Origin: an uncultured Acidobacteriota bacterium
Lineage (GTDB): Bacteria; Acidobacteriota; Terriglobia; Terriglobales; Acidobacteriaceae
DNA: 64,000 nucleotides
Direction: 5' to 3'
Assembly: GCA_963771285.1 (NCBI GenBank)
Contig: CAVYSX010000016.1
Coordinates: 9,240 to 73,239, forward strand
Of this stretch, positions 1 to 9,182 are shown piece after piece. Position numbers and translations under genes: made by a program. The notes beneath the pieces are model-generated. The model saw nothing but the letters and a program-made list of their open reading frames with translations, ran no database searches and was not told the origin of the DNA. Positions within the stretch are counted from its first letter, which is position 1, and every line of letters begins with the position of its first letter.

Positions 1-1317
1 TGATTTTTCCAGCGAGGCTTCCGCCTGATCGAAAACCGCTTGCAACTCCCCAGGCAGTGCGCGCGAGGCCATACGCTCGCGAAGCGCTTCCGGCCCCGGG
101 AATAAATCGGACAACCGCAGCTCGTATTTTTCCAGCAGGCTCTGAGGTTTGGCCTCAACAATCGTCGCCGAGAAACGCGGGACGATGGGAGTTATTCTTC
201 CTAACAGCGCCTGGTACACCACGCCTACCTGCGCGAAGTACGCCACTTCGGACGAGCCCCCTGCATAGGCAATCGTGGGAAGCAGAAAATCCTGAACCAC
301 CGGCCGCAACAATACGTTGGCGCTGAAATTCTGCGGCGAGGCCTCGATGCGACCCAGCAAGTCAGTCTGGGAGATTCGCTCTTGTCCAATCACAAACTCG
401 GCGCCGCCGTTGCCATTGGCGTGTCGGTGCACCGGAAGACGGGTCCCATTTTGCAACGCAAACAACAGCGTCGACGAAGGTGTCACTTTGACCTGCTGAT
501 GGTAACCCGCCGCTTCCAAAGCCTTGCCGCGGGCCATCAAAGCGGCATCGAATTCACGGTTGCGTTCAATCGCGGCGCGATAAATGGGAGTCGCAATCTG
601 TTGAAATTCCGGATCGGCGCCATCCATCAGGATGACACCCAAGTCCGCGAACAATCGCGCGAACAGCTTGCCAAACGCACTTCCGAAAGTTTCGCCGGGG
701 CGATACGACTCGCGTAACATATCCGCGACATCGGACACTCCCAGCAACACGACAGCAGCTTCCACCACCGGAATAATTTCTTCTCCGAAGGTTATTGTCC
801 CCACCGGAGCATCCAAATGGCCTCGCGTCGGCGAACTCAATCGTTGCAACGACCCGTCTGTTCCCGGAAGCGCAACCTCTCGAACTTCCTCGAGGTCGTG
901 ATCGGTGGTAGCCAGCCAGAAAACGGGCACGCAATCTCTGCCTGCCAGCGTCGCCTCCTCGGCGAGTTTCACCGCGGTAAGCGCCTTCAAAATCGTGTAT
1001 AGCGGCCCGCCGAACAGTCCCACCTGTTGGCCTGTGACCATCGCCGAGGAGCCTGCCCGCAACCGCGCAATATTCTCCAGCGCCTTGGTCGACGCGCCGA
1101 AAGCCTGATTCTGGCGTTCTAAAACATCACAAACTCTCCGACGCCTCTCCGGGCTGTAGTTCGTGCCCGGTGTTTCGTCTTTACACCATTGTTTGAAATA
1201 TGCCGTTCGGGGATAAAACTCTTGAAGTCTAGGATGGTCGTACAGAAAGTCGGTGAAAAGGCGGGCAGTGTGCGGAATTTGATGGAAAGGCAGACACTCC
1301 GACTTCACCGGCAACAC
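1..1317 (-). CDS. bshC: bacillithiol biosynthesis cysteine-adding enzyme BshC (N-terminal 439 codons; C-terminal part lies beyond the left edge)
   Basis: Absent from the ORF track because it runs off the edge. Hand translation of the minus strand from GTG at 1317 gives VLPVKSECLPFHQIPHTARLFTDFLYDHP...GQQVGLFGGPLYTILKA...VPVFWLATTDHDLEEV...SANVLLRPVVQDFLLPTIAYAGGSSEVAYFAQ. These match the conserved blocks of B. subtilis BshC/YllA. The frame is open through position 1. Confidence 0.8.
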   Translation of the reverse strand, partial: MLPVKSECLPFHQIPHTARLFTDFLYDHPRLQEFYPRTAYFKQWCKDETPGTNYSPERRRRVCDVLERQNQAFGASTKALENIARLRAGSSAMVTGQQVGLFGGPLYTILKALTAVKLAEEATLAGRDCVPVFWLATTDHDLEEVREVALPGTDGSLQRLSSPTRGHLDAPVGTITFGEEIIPVVEAAVVLLGVSDVADMLRESYRPGETFGSAFGKLFARLFADLGVILMDGADPEFQQIATPIYRAAIERNREFDAALMARGKALEAAGYHQQVKVTPSSTLLFALQNGTRLPVHRHANGNGGAEFVIGQERISQTDLLGRIEASPQNFSANVLLRPVVQDFLLPTIAYAGGSSEVAYFAQVGVVYQALLGRITPIVPRFSATIVEAKPQSLLEKYELRLSDLFPGPEALRERMASRALPGELQAVFDQAEASLEKS

Positions 1318-1592
1318 TCCTGACTGAATTGGACGGAAAAAGTCATTTAAGGTCAACACCCCTAGTCGCACAACACTAGCGTCTTAAATGAGATGTCGCA
1401 GACAGCATCGGGATGCAAAGATAGTTCCGATCCGTGTATCGTGATCTCAACTTACGGAACACTCTTCGAGACCGCCCCGAGGATTTATCCCTGTCATCAA
1501 TTACGCAGCGGCCAGATCGCTCCTTGATTGAGTTTACTCGCCCGCCCAGTCGTGAGTAGACCAACGGCATTGAGAACGTCATCACCCTGGAA

Positions 1593-1817
1593 TCAAAGCA
1601 CGTCGGAGTCGATACCTGCGATAAATTGGATGCCGGGAACGTGCTTGCCGATCAAGTCGCTGTCGTTGGTCAGGAACAGGTCGGTGCGGGCTTGCGCAGC
1701 ACATGCAAGGTGGATCGCATCGGCTGACGACACTCCATTAACCGCACAAATCTCCGCGTAGCGCTCGGCGGTCTCGAGCGTGAACGGAATGACTTCTACA
1801 AACGAAGACCGGAACAC
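1593..1817 (-). pseudogene. PIN-domain (VapC-like) toxin, C-terminal fragment only
   Basis: 74-aa ORF with a GTG start. The sequence ERYAEICAVNGVSSADAIHLACAAQARTDLFLTNDSDL carries the third and fourth acidic motifs of a PIN fold (DAIHLA, TND). An in-frame TAG lies 9 codons upstream, and no N-terminal LDT/S-type half is seen in any frame. Confidence 0.5.
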
Positions 1818-1996
1818 ATCGCGGTATTTCTGTGGAGGTTGCTAATCGGGCCGGTGCCCAGAGGTTGTGCGCGAGAAGGTCACGCTTCGTGTATTGCGTC
1901 ATATGAGCACACTCCATCATCTAACCAAGGGTATTTGACTTCCGGCTAGGCGACCCCTAGTCTGGAGGTGGTTCTTTACAGGCCATTCCCACCAGT

Positions 1997-2365
1997 GGGG
2001 GCGTCACGGCTTCGACGGAGATGCTTGCGGCCAGGAGGCATGCCGGGGTGCATACACCCGCAATCGCGTGCAAAATGATAATTGCCAATCAACAAATGGC
2101 ATACGCAGCCTAACTAGTTTAGGCAGCCGTTCTCCGCAGCTTCGCCCTTGGGCTGCGAGCGAACGTCACACAGAGGGCTGCTCTTTCCGTCTACGTCTGG
2201 GGCGGAAGGCTAAGATCTCAGGCTAGCAGTCGGCGTTTCTTGTCCGTTCTGAGCGACGACCGCGAACGTCCCAGGGTAATGCCTGGGGCATGAACTGGAA
2301 TAAGCATGTAGGCTCCTGACCAGTAACATTTTCGGACGCGGGTTCGACTCCCGCCGCCTCCACCA
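1997..2365 (+). ncRNA. ssrA: tmRNA (SsrA), one-piece
   Basis: 5' GGGGGCGTCACGGCTTCGACGG and 3' GGACGCGGGTTCGACTCCCGCCGCCTCCACCA. The acceptor stem GGGGGCG/CGCCTCC includes the G3:U pair, followed by a T-arm and CCA. The internal tag frame GCC AAT CAA CAA ATG GCA TAC GCA GCC TAA (2084-2113) encodes ANQQMAYAA-stop, a canonical xYAA degradation tag. The resume codon is not certain. Confidence 0.9.
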
Positions 2366-2446
2366 ATCATTTACGCCTCGTTTCCCGCAAACAAGCTGGC
2401 ATAGTCCGGCATGCGGCCCGTCAGCGCAACCGCAGATTTTCTAGAT

Positions 2447-3356
2447 TCAATCGGGGTCGCGCCCATTTGTGATTGCCGCTATGAGCGCACAAAGTTCGGG
2501 AACAAACTGCGCTTGCAGATCGACGCAGCTGAGGCCATGCGCCGCGCTCACCGCATTGACGACGCGGGAAAACTCATCCCAACGGTCCGGCAATTTGCCG
2601 CCGCCTGCTCGAAAACCATCGGAAAAATGCGGTTCGCGGCACGGCCGTGATTTCTTTTCATAACATATGAATCGAGCTGCATCCCACAACGGCGAGCCAG
2701 AAAACGCCGACTCCCAATCCAAAACGCCGACCACACGCCAGCGCCCATCTTTCCGCCGCAGAATCGTATTTCGATTGTTGAAATCGCCGTGAACGAGGCT
2801 GTTGACCTTGTTCAAAGAGGCAAGTTCGGCCCGCCAAACAGACAGGAAATTCGACAACTCGTCTATTCCACGCGCGCCTAAGCGGGTACGGAGGGTGGGC
2901 GAGCTTAGAAATTCGTCGACGGCGGCGTAGGGAGAGGATGACAGGGCGTTCGGAACGGGGACATTTCGCAGACTGGAAAGCGCCTCGCCCATGGAAAAAG
3001 CGGCCTGAGATATATCTTCAGGGCTCCCGCTTTTCTTCAATTCCTGAAATGTCGTTCCCTCGATATAGGGGTACAAAACGTATGGGCCGATGCCCTCTTT
3101 TCCCGTTTCGTCCGCGTAAATTATCTCCGGCACAGGCAACACCGTTCTGGCGGCAGCGAGGAGATCGATTTCTTTCTTGCATGCTGCATGGTGAACGTAG
3201 ATTCGCAAGACGACTGGCGATGCTTCCGGGTAGAAGCGAATCAGAAGATTTACGTTGCTGCAGCCACCCTGTAACTGTTCAAAAGACTTGATGGTGCTGC
3301 CAGGAAAGGCAGGAGCGAAGAAGTTCCGTGAGCCGGACTATCGAGAGCGACTCCAC
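2447..3356 (-). pseudogene. aminoglycoside/choline-kinase-type phosphotransferase (APH family), N-terminus displaced by an apparent frameshift
   Basis: ORF 2447-3208 has HGDFNNRNTILRR...VGVLDWE (catalytic loop and metal-binding motif). The same frame stays open upstream (FFAPAFPGSTIKSFEQLQGGCSNVNLLIRFYPEASPVVLRIY, a Gly-rich-loop region) but meets a TAG without any ATG/GTG/TTG. A plausible N-terminus (V)ESLSIVRLTE lies in the adjacent frame from GTG 3356. The start is uncertain. Confidence 0.6.
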
Positions 3357-3561
3357 TAAAGATCGACGGCGCTCCCGCACTTCTGTGCTCACGAAGGTCT
3401 TATCGCACGGCCCACCTCTAGGCGCAAGCAGAGTCGGCGCGGGGGAAATCCCGTCCAGAAATCCACAGGCTCGTCCACAGATTCGCTCTTCTTTCTCCCG
3501 TAAAGACCCGATTTGCAAAGCATCAGCACTTTTGGCAACATTTTTTTGGTTCTTCCCTGGC

Positions 3562-3717
3562 ATGTTCTTCAATTTCAAATCATGGCGCGATCAGTTCGAG
3601 GAGGCGAGGACGGAGAAGAACCCCAATCGCATCGGTGATCTCCTTGATGAGATCGTAACTGCCTACAGAATGACTTTGCACACCCAAGATGACTTCATCC
3701 GGATCGCTTTGGAGTAA
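3562..3717 (+). CDS. hypothetical small protein (51 aa)
   Basis: ATG at 3562 inside track ORF 3328-3717. Only the C-terminal part (MFFNFKSWRDQFEEARTEKNPNRIGDLLDEIVTAYRMTLHTQDDFIRIALE) looks protein-like. No family recognised. Confidence 0.25.
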   Translation: MFFNFKSWRDQFEEARTEKNPNRIGDLLDEIVTAYRMTLHTQDDFIRIALE

Positions 3718-3798
3718 CTGCGAATTGGGTGTTCCTTCCCTTCTCTGCTCAACCATCAAATTGGATGGAACACCCGGCTTTTCACAGATAATGCTGCC

Positions 3799-4413
3799 TC
3801 AATCTTTCTTGTCAGATTGATCGCCCACCCGGTTCTGATCCGTAATCCAGTTTACTTCCCAGGTCTTGCCACCATCGTCAGAGAAAGACTGTTCGAAGTG
3901 GGGCGTATTCGTCGTGGTATTCGTCCAAATAAATCGGACGAAGATGCTTTTACCATTCAGGGTGTCCTGGGCATAGAACTCGCCGCGGCCCTCTTTGAAT
4001 TCGCCGATCTGGGGCGGAACTATGGTGCCGTCCTTGCTGTTCGCCCAATACAGGTTCCACTGGTGAGTTTGCGGATTGTACGTACGCAGGGTCAGGCCTT
4101 CGATGTGGCCGGCGGAGCCATCGGTCTCGAACTCCTCGATCTGGGAGCGCCCATCCCAAACTTTACGCGTCACTGAAGTACCGTCAAATTCGACCCAGGT
4201 CGTCGATCCGGTCAAGGGATGCAAGCGGCGCTTCAAGTGAATTTTCCAGCTGCCTAACTCGAAGTCGAAATCGTGTTGACCGTCGCGCTCGACGGCTGGA
4301 CTCTGGGCTTCGGGCTTGGCTTGGTTTGAATTCGTTTGTGCCAGCATTTGTGGCGGAACGCACAGCAAAGCAATCAACAACATTTGGGTCTTAACTCGCT
4401 GCCTGAGTTGCAT
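3799..4413 (-). CDS. secreted hypothetical protein
   Basis: Track ORF 3799-4449. The internal ATG at 4413 gives the signal peptide MQLRQRVKTQMLLIALLCVPPQMLAQ. The mature part is beta-rich (WKIHLKRRLHPLTGSTTWVEFDG...FIWTNTTTNTPHFEQSFSDDGGKTWEVNW). No family named. Confidence 0.6.
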   Translation of the reverse strand: MQLRQRVKTQMLLIALLCVPPQMLAQTNSNQAKPEAQSPAVERDGQHDFDFELGSWKIHLKRRLHPLTGSTTWVEFDGTSVTRKVWDGRSQIEEFETDGSAGHIEGLTLRTYNPQTHQWNLYWANSKDGTIVPPQIGEFKEGRGEFYAQDTLNGKSIFVRFIWTNTTTNTPHFEQSFSDDGGKTWEVNWITDQNRVGDQSDKKD

Positions 4414-4637
4414 CGTCTTCCTCCGTTGGGGTTTAGTGTTTCCTGGCAAACCTCGCTGCTAGCCATAAACCTGCGTCGGCAGGTCAACCTAACGGTTGCC
4501 AGCAGTCAATTGTTGTTCTTCGCGGATAGACTTTAGAGGAGTTTGCGGGATAGCTCTTTTCCTGTAAAAGGTTGTAAATTCGGCCAACTGGCAGTTGTGC
4601 TGATCGAGTGACGCGATCTGTGTTAATAAAATATCTC

Positions 4638-5018
4638 ATGACTTCCGTACGAATGGATAAGTGGCTTTGGGCCGCGAGGTTTTTCAAGACGCGATCGCTG
4701 GCTGCGCGATCTTGTGAACTGGGGAGGATAAAGTCCAATGGGCAACTCGCCAAGGCGGCGCGCGAAGTTCGGATCGGCGATCAGCTGCAGGTCAGCAACG
4801 ATGGTGGCGAGTTTCAAGTCGAAGTCCTGTTACTCAGCGAGGTGCGCGGACCAGCCTCGGTTGCTCAGACTATGTATCGCGAAACCGAAGAGAGCCGCGA
4901 ATTGCGTCAGAAAGTAGCTGCGGAACGGAAAGCGATGCATCAGTTCGAGGCGCTACCAGAGGGAAGGCCGTCTAAACGCAATCGTCGCGAAATCATTCGG
5001 TTGCGCGGCAGAAGTTAA
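4638..5018 (+). CDS. hslR: ribosome-associated heat-shock protein Hsp15 (S4 RNA-binding domain)
   Basis: MTSVRMDKWLWAARFFKTRSLAARSCELGRIKSNGQLAKAAREVRIGDQL matches the E. coli HslR block RLDKWLWAARFYKTRALA. Start chosen at ATG 4638. Confidence 0.8.
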   Translation: MTSVRMDKWLWAARFFKTRSLAARSCELGRIKSNGQLAKAAREVRIGDQLQVSNDGGEFQVEVLLLSEVRGPASVAQTMYRETEESRELRQKVAAERKAMHQFEALPEGRPSKRNRREIIRLRGRS

Positions 5019-5041
5019 GCAATTACATTCAGCGCGCATCC

Positions 5042-5554
5042 CTACAAATATCGCTCGCGAATGATATTGCCATGGTGAGTCAGGTGTCCGGCGATTGTGT
5101 AGGCCAGAGCACGCACGGTGAAGCGATTGTCGCTGGCGATGCCGCTGCGCGTCCACGCCTCCGGCTGCAAATTGCGGAAAAGTGAAACGGTGGCCAGCCG
5201 CACGCGGCGGAATTCCTCTACATGGGTCGCCCACGCGATCTGGTCGGCTGCCGCATTCGTCACGGCGATATTCTGATCGAAACTGGGCATGGCAGTGTCG
5301 AAGCCGCGGGCGAACCAGAAAGCGCGAAAAGAAAACACCCTCTCGGCGTCGTTGAGATGGCTCAATACCTCTCGGATGCTCCACTTGTCGGGCGCATAAC
5401 GGTGCAGGGATGTCTGTTCCGAAATTCCCGAGAAGAATGCCGCGTATTCCGGCAGTTGATTCTCAAGGGTGGCGATCACATCGTCGCCGATAACCTTGTC
5501 AATGTAGTTGAAGTAGTAAGGAGCCGCTTCGGTGGCCTGCGGACGTGCACTCAT
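5042..5554 (-). CDS. DinB-family (DinB_2) metal-dependent protein
   Basis: 170 aa with a four-helix DinB pattern: YAPDKWSIREVLSHLNDAERVF...TIAGHLTHHGNIIRERY (His triad context). Confidence 0.8.
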   Translation of the reverse strand: MSARPQATEAAPYYFNYIDKVIGDDVIATLENQLPEYAAFFSGISEQTSLHRYAPDKWSIREVLSHLNDAERVFSFRAFWFARGFDTAMPSFDQNIAVTNAAADQIAWATHVEEFRRVRLATVSLFRNLQPEAWTRSGIASDNRFTVRALAYTIAGHLTHHGNIIRERYL

Positions 5555-5588
5555 GAGGCCAATTTAGCACAGAGTAGCCCGGTACCGC

Positions 5589-6050
5589 TTACTTCGCCTT
5601 CGCGAAATCTTCCACGGCAAACATCTGTCCGTTGCGTTCCACAATCCCGATTCCGACGGAATCCATATCGGTGTCGAGAATATTGGAGCGATGCAATGGG
5701 GACTTCATGAAGCTCTGGTGGATGGTCGCCGCGTTCGGGCCCTCATCGACATTTTCTGAGAGCCATGTGTAGTGAACTCCAGCGGTTCGGGCGCGGGAAG
5801 CGAGGTTTGGCTCGCCGGGAAATTGATGCGACATTGCGCCCTGCTCCGCCATGCGCTGCGCATGCTTGCGGGCGGCGTCTGCCAATGCGTCGTCCCAGCG
5901 CAAGGTTCCCAATCCGTGGGCCTTGCGCTCCTGATTCACGGAATTAAACAACGAGCGTTCGGCATCCGCAGTTCTCTGCAGTGCAAATGCGCTGAGAGAA
6001 ATGAGAACCATCCAACTAGCCAGCACCAGAAAGCGATCGGCAACACGCAT
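5589..6050 (-). CDS. CAP/SCP/PR1-like domain protein, membrane-anchored or secreted
   Basis: NQERKAHGLGTLRWDDALADAARKHAQRMAEQGAMSHQFPGEP...FMKSPLHRSNIL. The start at ATG 6050 (MRVADRFLVLASWMVLISLSAFA) avoids overlap with the upstream gene. Confidence 0.75.
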   Translation of the reverse strand: MRVADRFLVLASWMVLISLSAFALQRTADAERSLFNSVNQERKAHGLGTLRWDDALADAARKHAQRMAEQGAMSHQFPGEPNLASRARTAGVHYTWLSENVDEGPNAATIHQSFMKSPLHRSNILDTDMDSVGIGIVERNGQMFAVEDFAKAK

Positions 6051-6136
6051 GAAAATCTCCCCTGGACAATCTAACCCGTCTGAGAGCGTTTCTACTCGAT
6101 TTATGATTTCGATGCGCTTACCGGAGTAACAAGGAT

Positions 6137-7757
6137 TTAGTCCAAGCCCAGTTCTTTTGCCAGAGCGTTCCACTTGGCATCGACTAATGCTTGGGTCTTT
6201 TCGTCCATCAGGATTTCATCCGGCCAGGGCCGATCGAAGCCTTCCGTCGACCACTTCCGCGTAGCGTCAACACCCATCTTTGACCCGTAATTAGGCAGGC
6301 GGGATGCGTGATCCAGAGAATCCACCGGCCCGAGCGTGAATTGAATGTCGCGTTCGGGGTCGATGTGGTTCAGAACCTTGAGGGTGACCTCGCCGAGGTC
6401 CTGCACATTAACGTCTTCATCAACAACGAGAATGCATTTCGTGAACATCGCCTGTCCCAGGGACCAGATGGCATTCATCACCTTGCGCGCCTGTCCGGGA
6501 TACGACTTCCGAATGGAGACGATCATCAAGTTATGGAAAACTCCTTCCACCGGCAGGTTGATATCCACAACTTCCGGAACAGTTAGCTTCATCAGAGGAA
6601 GGAAAATGCGTTCCACCGCCTTGCCCATCCATCCATCCTCCATGGGAGGTTTGCCGACGATGGTGGTCGAATAAATCGGATTCTTGCGGTGAGTGATGCA
6701 AGAAACGTGAAACACAGGGTAGAGATCTTCCAACGAATAGTACCCGGTGTGATCGCCAAAAGGCCCTTCGGTTCGTAGCTCATCGAGATGCACGTGGCCT
6801 TCGAGGATGATTTCTGCGCTCGCGGGAACTTCGAGATCGACGGTTTCGCACTTTACGAGTTCAACCGGTTTTTGGCGAAGGAATCCGGCGATCAAATATT
6901 CTTCGACGTCGGGCGGCGCGGGGACGATGGCGGAAAACGTGATCGCCGGGTCGGTGCCGATGGCTACGGCGACTTCCATTTTGCCGCCAGGGCGCGGACC
7001 CTCGGCAAGCACGGAACCCCCGGACGACCGAGCCATAATGTCTACGGCGGCGCGGGTGGACTCGGAGGAGCGTGCTTCGCTCGCCTGCGCAGCCGAGGGA
7101 GACTGTCCACTGGTGACGGGTTGCCGCTCGCCGAAGTGATTCTCTGTAGTGTTCAGCGCCTACTTTTTGGCGCTGCCAGTGCATTCCAGTTGTGTGTTGA
7201 TCAAAGACCTGCATTCTGTACATTCCGACGTTGCGTTTGCCGGTCTTGGGGTCGCGGGTGACTACACAGGGCAGAGTAATAAACCGGCCGGCGTCTTTCG
7301 GCCAGCATTGCAGAATGGGGAAATCGTCGAGTGAGAAATTGTCGCGCCGAATGACTTCTTTGCAGGGGCCGGTAGAAACTGTTTTCGGAAAGAATTTTCC
7401 CATCTCGGCGAGCATGGGCAGCATTTTTACTTTGTCGAGGAAGCCTTGCGGGGACTTCACGTCGATGAACTGGCGAATACGGTCAGCTACTTCGTCGAGC
7501 TTGCCGACTTCGAGCGCAAGGTTCATACGGCGGGCGGAGCCAAATTGATTGATGAGCACTTGCGCATCGGGATGGCCTTTGATGTTTTGAAAAAGAAGGG
7601 CTGGACCTCCGGGGGCGTCGGTTCGCGCGTGATTCTTACTTACCCGGTCAGTGATCTCGGCGATCTCCAGGATAGGATCCACTTCCGTACGGATTTTCTT
7701 CAGTTCGCCGGCGCGGTCGAGCGCGGCGATCCAATCACGTAAATCTTCGTAGGCCAA
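6137..7757 (-). pseudogene. UbiD-family (prenylated-FMN) decarboxylase, interrupted by one +1 frame break
   Basis: The N-terminal ORF 6861-7757 (MAYEDLRDWIAALDRAGELKKI...GMYRMQVFDQHTTGMHWQRQKVGAEHYRE) then becomes Arg-rich nonsense. The conserved continuation (NHFGERQP...GGKMEVAVAIGTDPAITFSAIVPAPPDVEEYLIAGFLRQKPVELVKCETVDLEVPASAEIILEGHV) is in the +1 frame of ORF 6137-7036. That frame is open only from 7157 downstream, so the break lies in 7131-7157. Confidence 0.85.
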
Positions 7758-8054
7758 GCAACCCTCCGATGGGAAACGCGATTATAAAGCAGGATTTCAC
7801 CAAAAACGCTTCCAAACCATTGATGTGAATTGAGAGTTGGCTGCCAAGCATTCCGTAACGACCCCGGCCGCTAATAACTTCTCAATCGCCGGCGCAATAC
7901 TTGCCGCGCGCAGACTTTGTCTTTGCCTTTACAAAGTTTTACCGTCCTTCGCCGCAACCTATTCCGCCGCGCCGGGGTTCTCACCAATGCAACGAACATC
8001 TTTTGCTACTTCTAACAATAGATACGCGGCGACTCGCCGCTATAGTGAACAATT

Positions 8055-9182
8055 TTGACATTTCGTTCCATGTGCGTTGTGGTCTGCGTGGCCCTGCTCG
8101 TAGCGTCGCTTGCGATCGGGCGCCACAGGAACGTTCAAGCCAATCAGGATGCGAAGGCCACTCTCTCGGTGCAGGTCAACGTGGTCAACGTGTTCGCCAC
8201 CGTGCGCGACAAAAAAGGCAAAGTCGCCAGCGGCCTGACCAAGGATGACTTCACGTTGACGGAAGACGGGCGCGCGCAAGACATTCACTATTTTGCCCAG
8301 GATACGAATCTCCCTCTCACCATCGGCCTGCTTGTAGACACGAGTCTTAGCCAGCGACGGGTACTGGATCAGGAACGCAGCGCGAGCCGCGCATTCCTCG
8401 ATCGGATGGTTCGTGAGGATCAGGACAAAGCTTTCATTCTGCACTTCGACCGGGAAGTAGAACTGCTGCAAGATCTCACACCGTCGCACCAGAAACTTGA
8501 AGACGCACTGGCGTTGCTAACGACTCCGCAGGATGCGCAGCCCTCCGGCGGAAATGCGCCCGCCGACCCGAATCAAGGTCGTGGAGGGCGTGGCTCCGGT
8601 GGAAGTTATCACAATGGCGGGGGAACGCTGCTGTACGACGCAGTCTATCTCGCCTCGAATGAGTTGATGAAGAAGCAGACTGGACGCAAGGCGTTGATCA
8701 TCCTCTCCGATGGAGTGGATCGTGGCAGCAAGGAAACGCTGGAGTATGCCATGGAAAGCGCGCAGCGCGCCGACACCATCGTCTATTCCGTTTTGTTCAA
8801 GGATGACGAAGCTTATGGCGGTGGTGGCACCCGAGTGGGATTCGGCCTTCCTGGAATGGGCGGAGGAATGGGGCGCCACGGCGGTCGCAGTGGATACCCG
8901 CAGGAGAGCCGCCCTGACGGCAAGAAAGTGCTCGAGCAGATGTCCAAGGAAACCGGCGGACGCCTTTTCGAGGTTTCCCGGAAACTGCCGGTCGATCAAA
9001 TCTATACTCAGATCGAGGAAGAATTACGGTCACAATACAGCCTTGGCTACACTCCTGCACGGGCGGAAGGCACTGCTGCTGGATACCACAAGATCCAAGT
9101 CAGCACTAAGAACAAAGACCTCGTGGTACAGGCGCGAGATGGATATTATTTCGATGCTGGACAGTCAAACGATAGTCATTGA
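8055..9182 (+). CDS. VWA-domain protein (VWFA-related acidobacterial type), secreted
   Basis: Signal-like N-terminus, then VNVFATVRDKKGKVASGLTKDDFTLTEDGRAQDIHYF...PLTIGLLVDTSLSQ (MIDAS DxSxS)...ALIILSDGVDRGS. Confidence 0.8.
   Translation: MTFRSMCVVVCVALLVASLAIGRHRNVQANQDAKATLSVQVNVVNVFATVRDKKGKVASGLTKDDFTLTEDGRAQDIHYFAQDTNLPLTIGLLVDTSLSQRRVLDQERSASRAFLDRMVREDQDKAFILHFDREVELLQDLTPSHQKLEDALALLTTPQDAQPSGGNAPADPNQGRGGRGSGGSYHNGGGTLLYDAVYLASNELMKKQTGRKALIILSDGVDRGSKETLEYAMESAQRADTIVYSVLFKDDEAYGGGGTRVGFGLPGMGGGMGRHGGRSGYPQESRPDGKKVLEQMSKETGGRLFEVSRKLPVDQIYTQIEEELRSQYSLGYTPARAEGTAAGYHKIQVSTKNKDLVVQARDGYYFDAGQSNDSH

Noticed and set aside
3279-3717. Track ORFs 3279-3578 (minus) and 3328-3717 (plus) as full-length genes
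   Set aside because: Their translations are mostly Arg/Ser-rich and implausible. Only the last ~50 codons of the plus ORF look protein-like. The upstream end of the minus ORF is better explained as the displaced N-terminus of the APH kinase.
1997-4600. Intact genomic island integrated at the tmRNA 3' end
   Set aside because: No integrase is present. I could not spot a second copy of the ssrA 3' end by eye, so only a remnant interpretation is offered. A computed repeat search is still needed.
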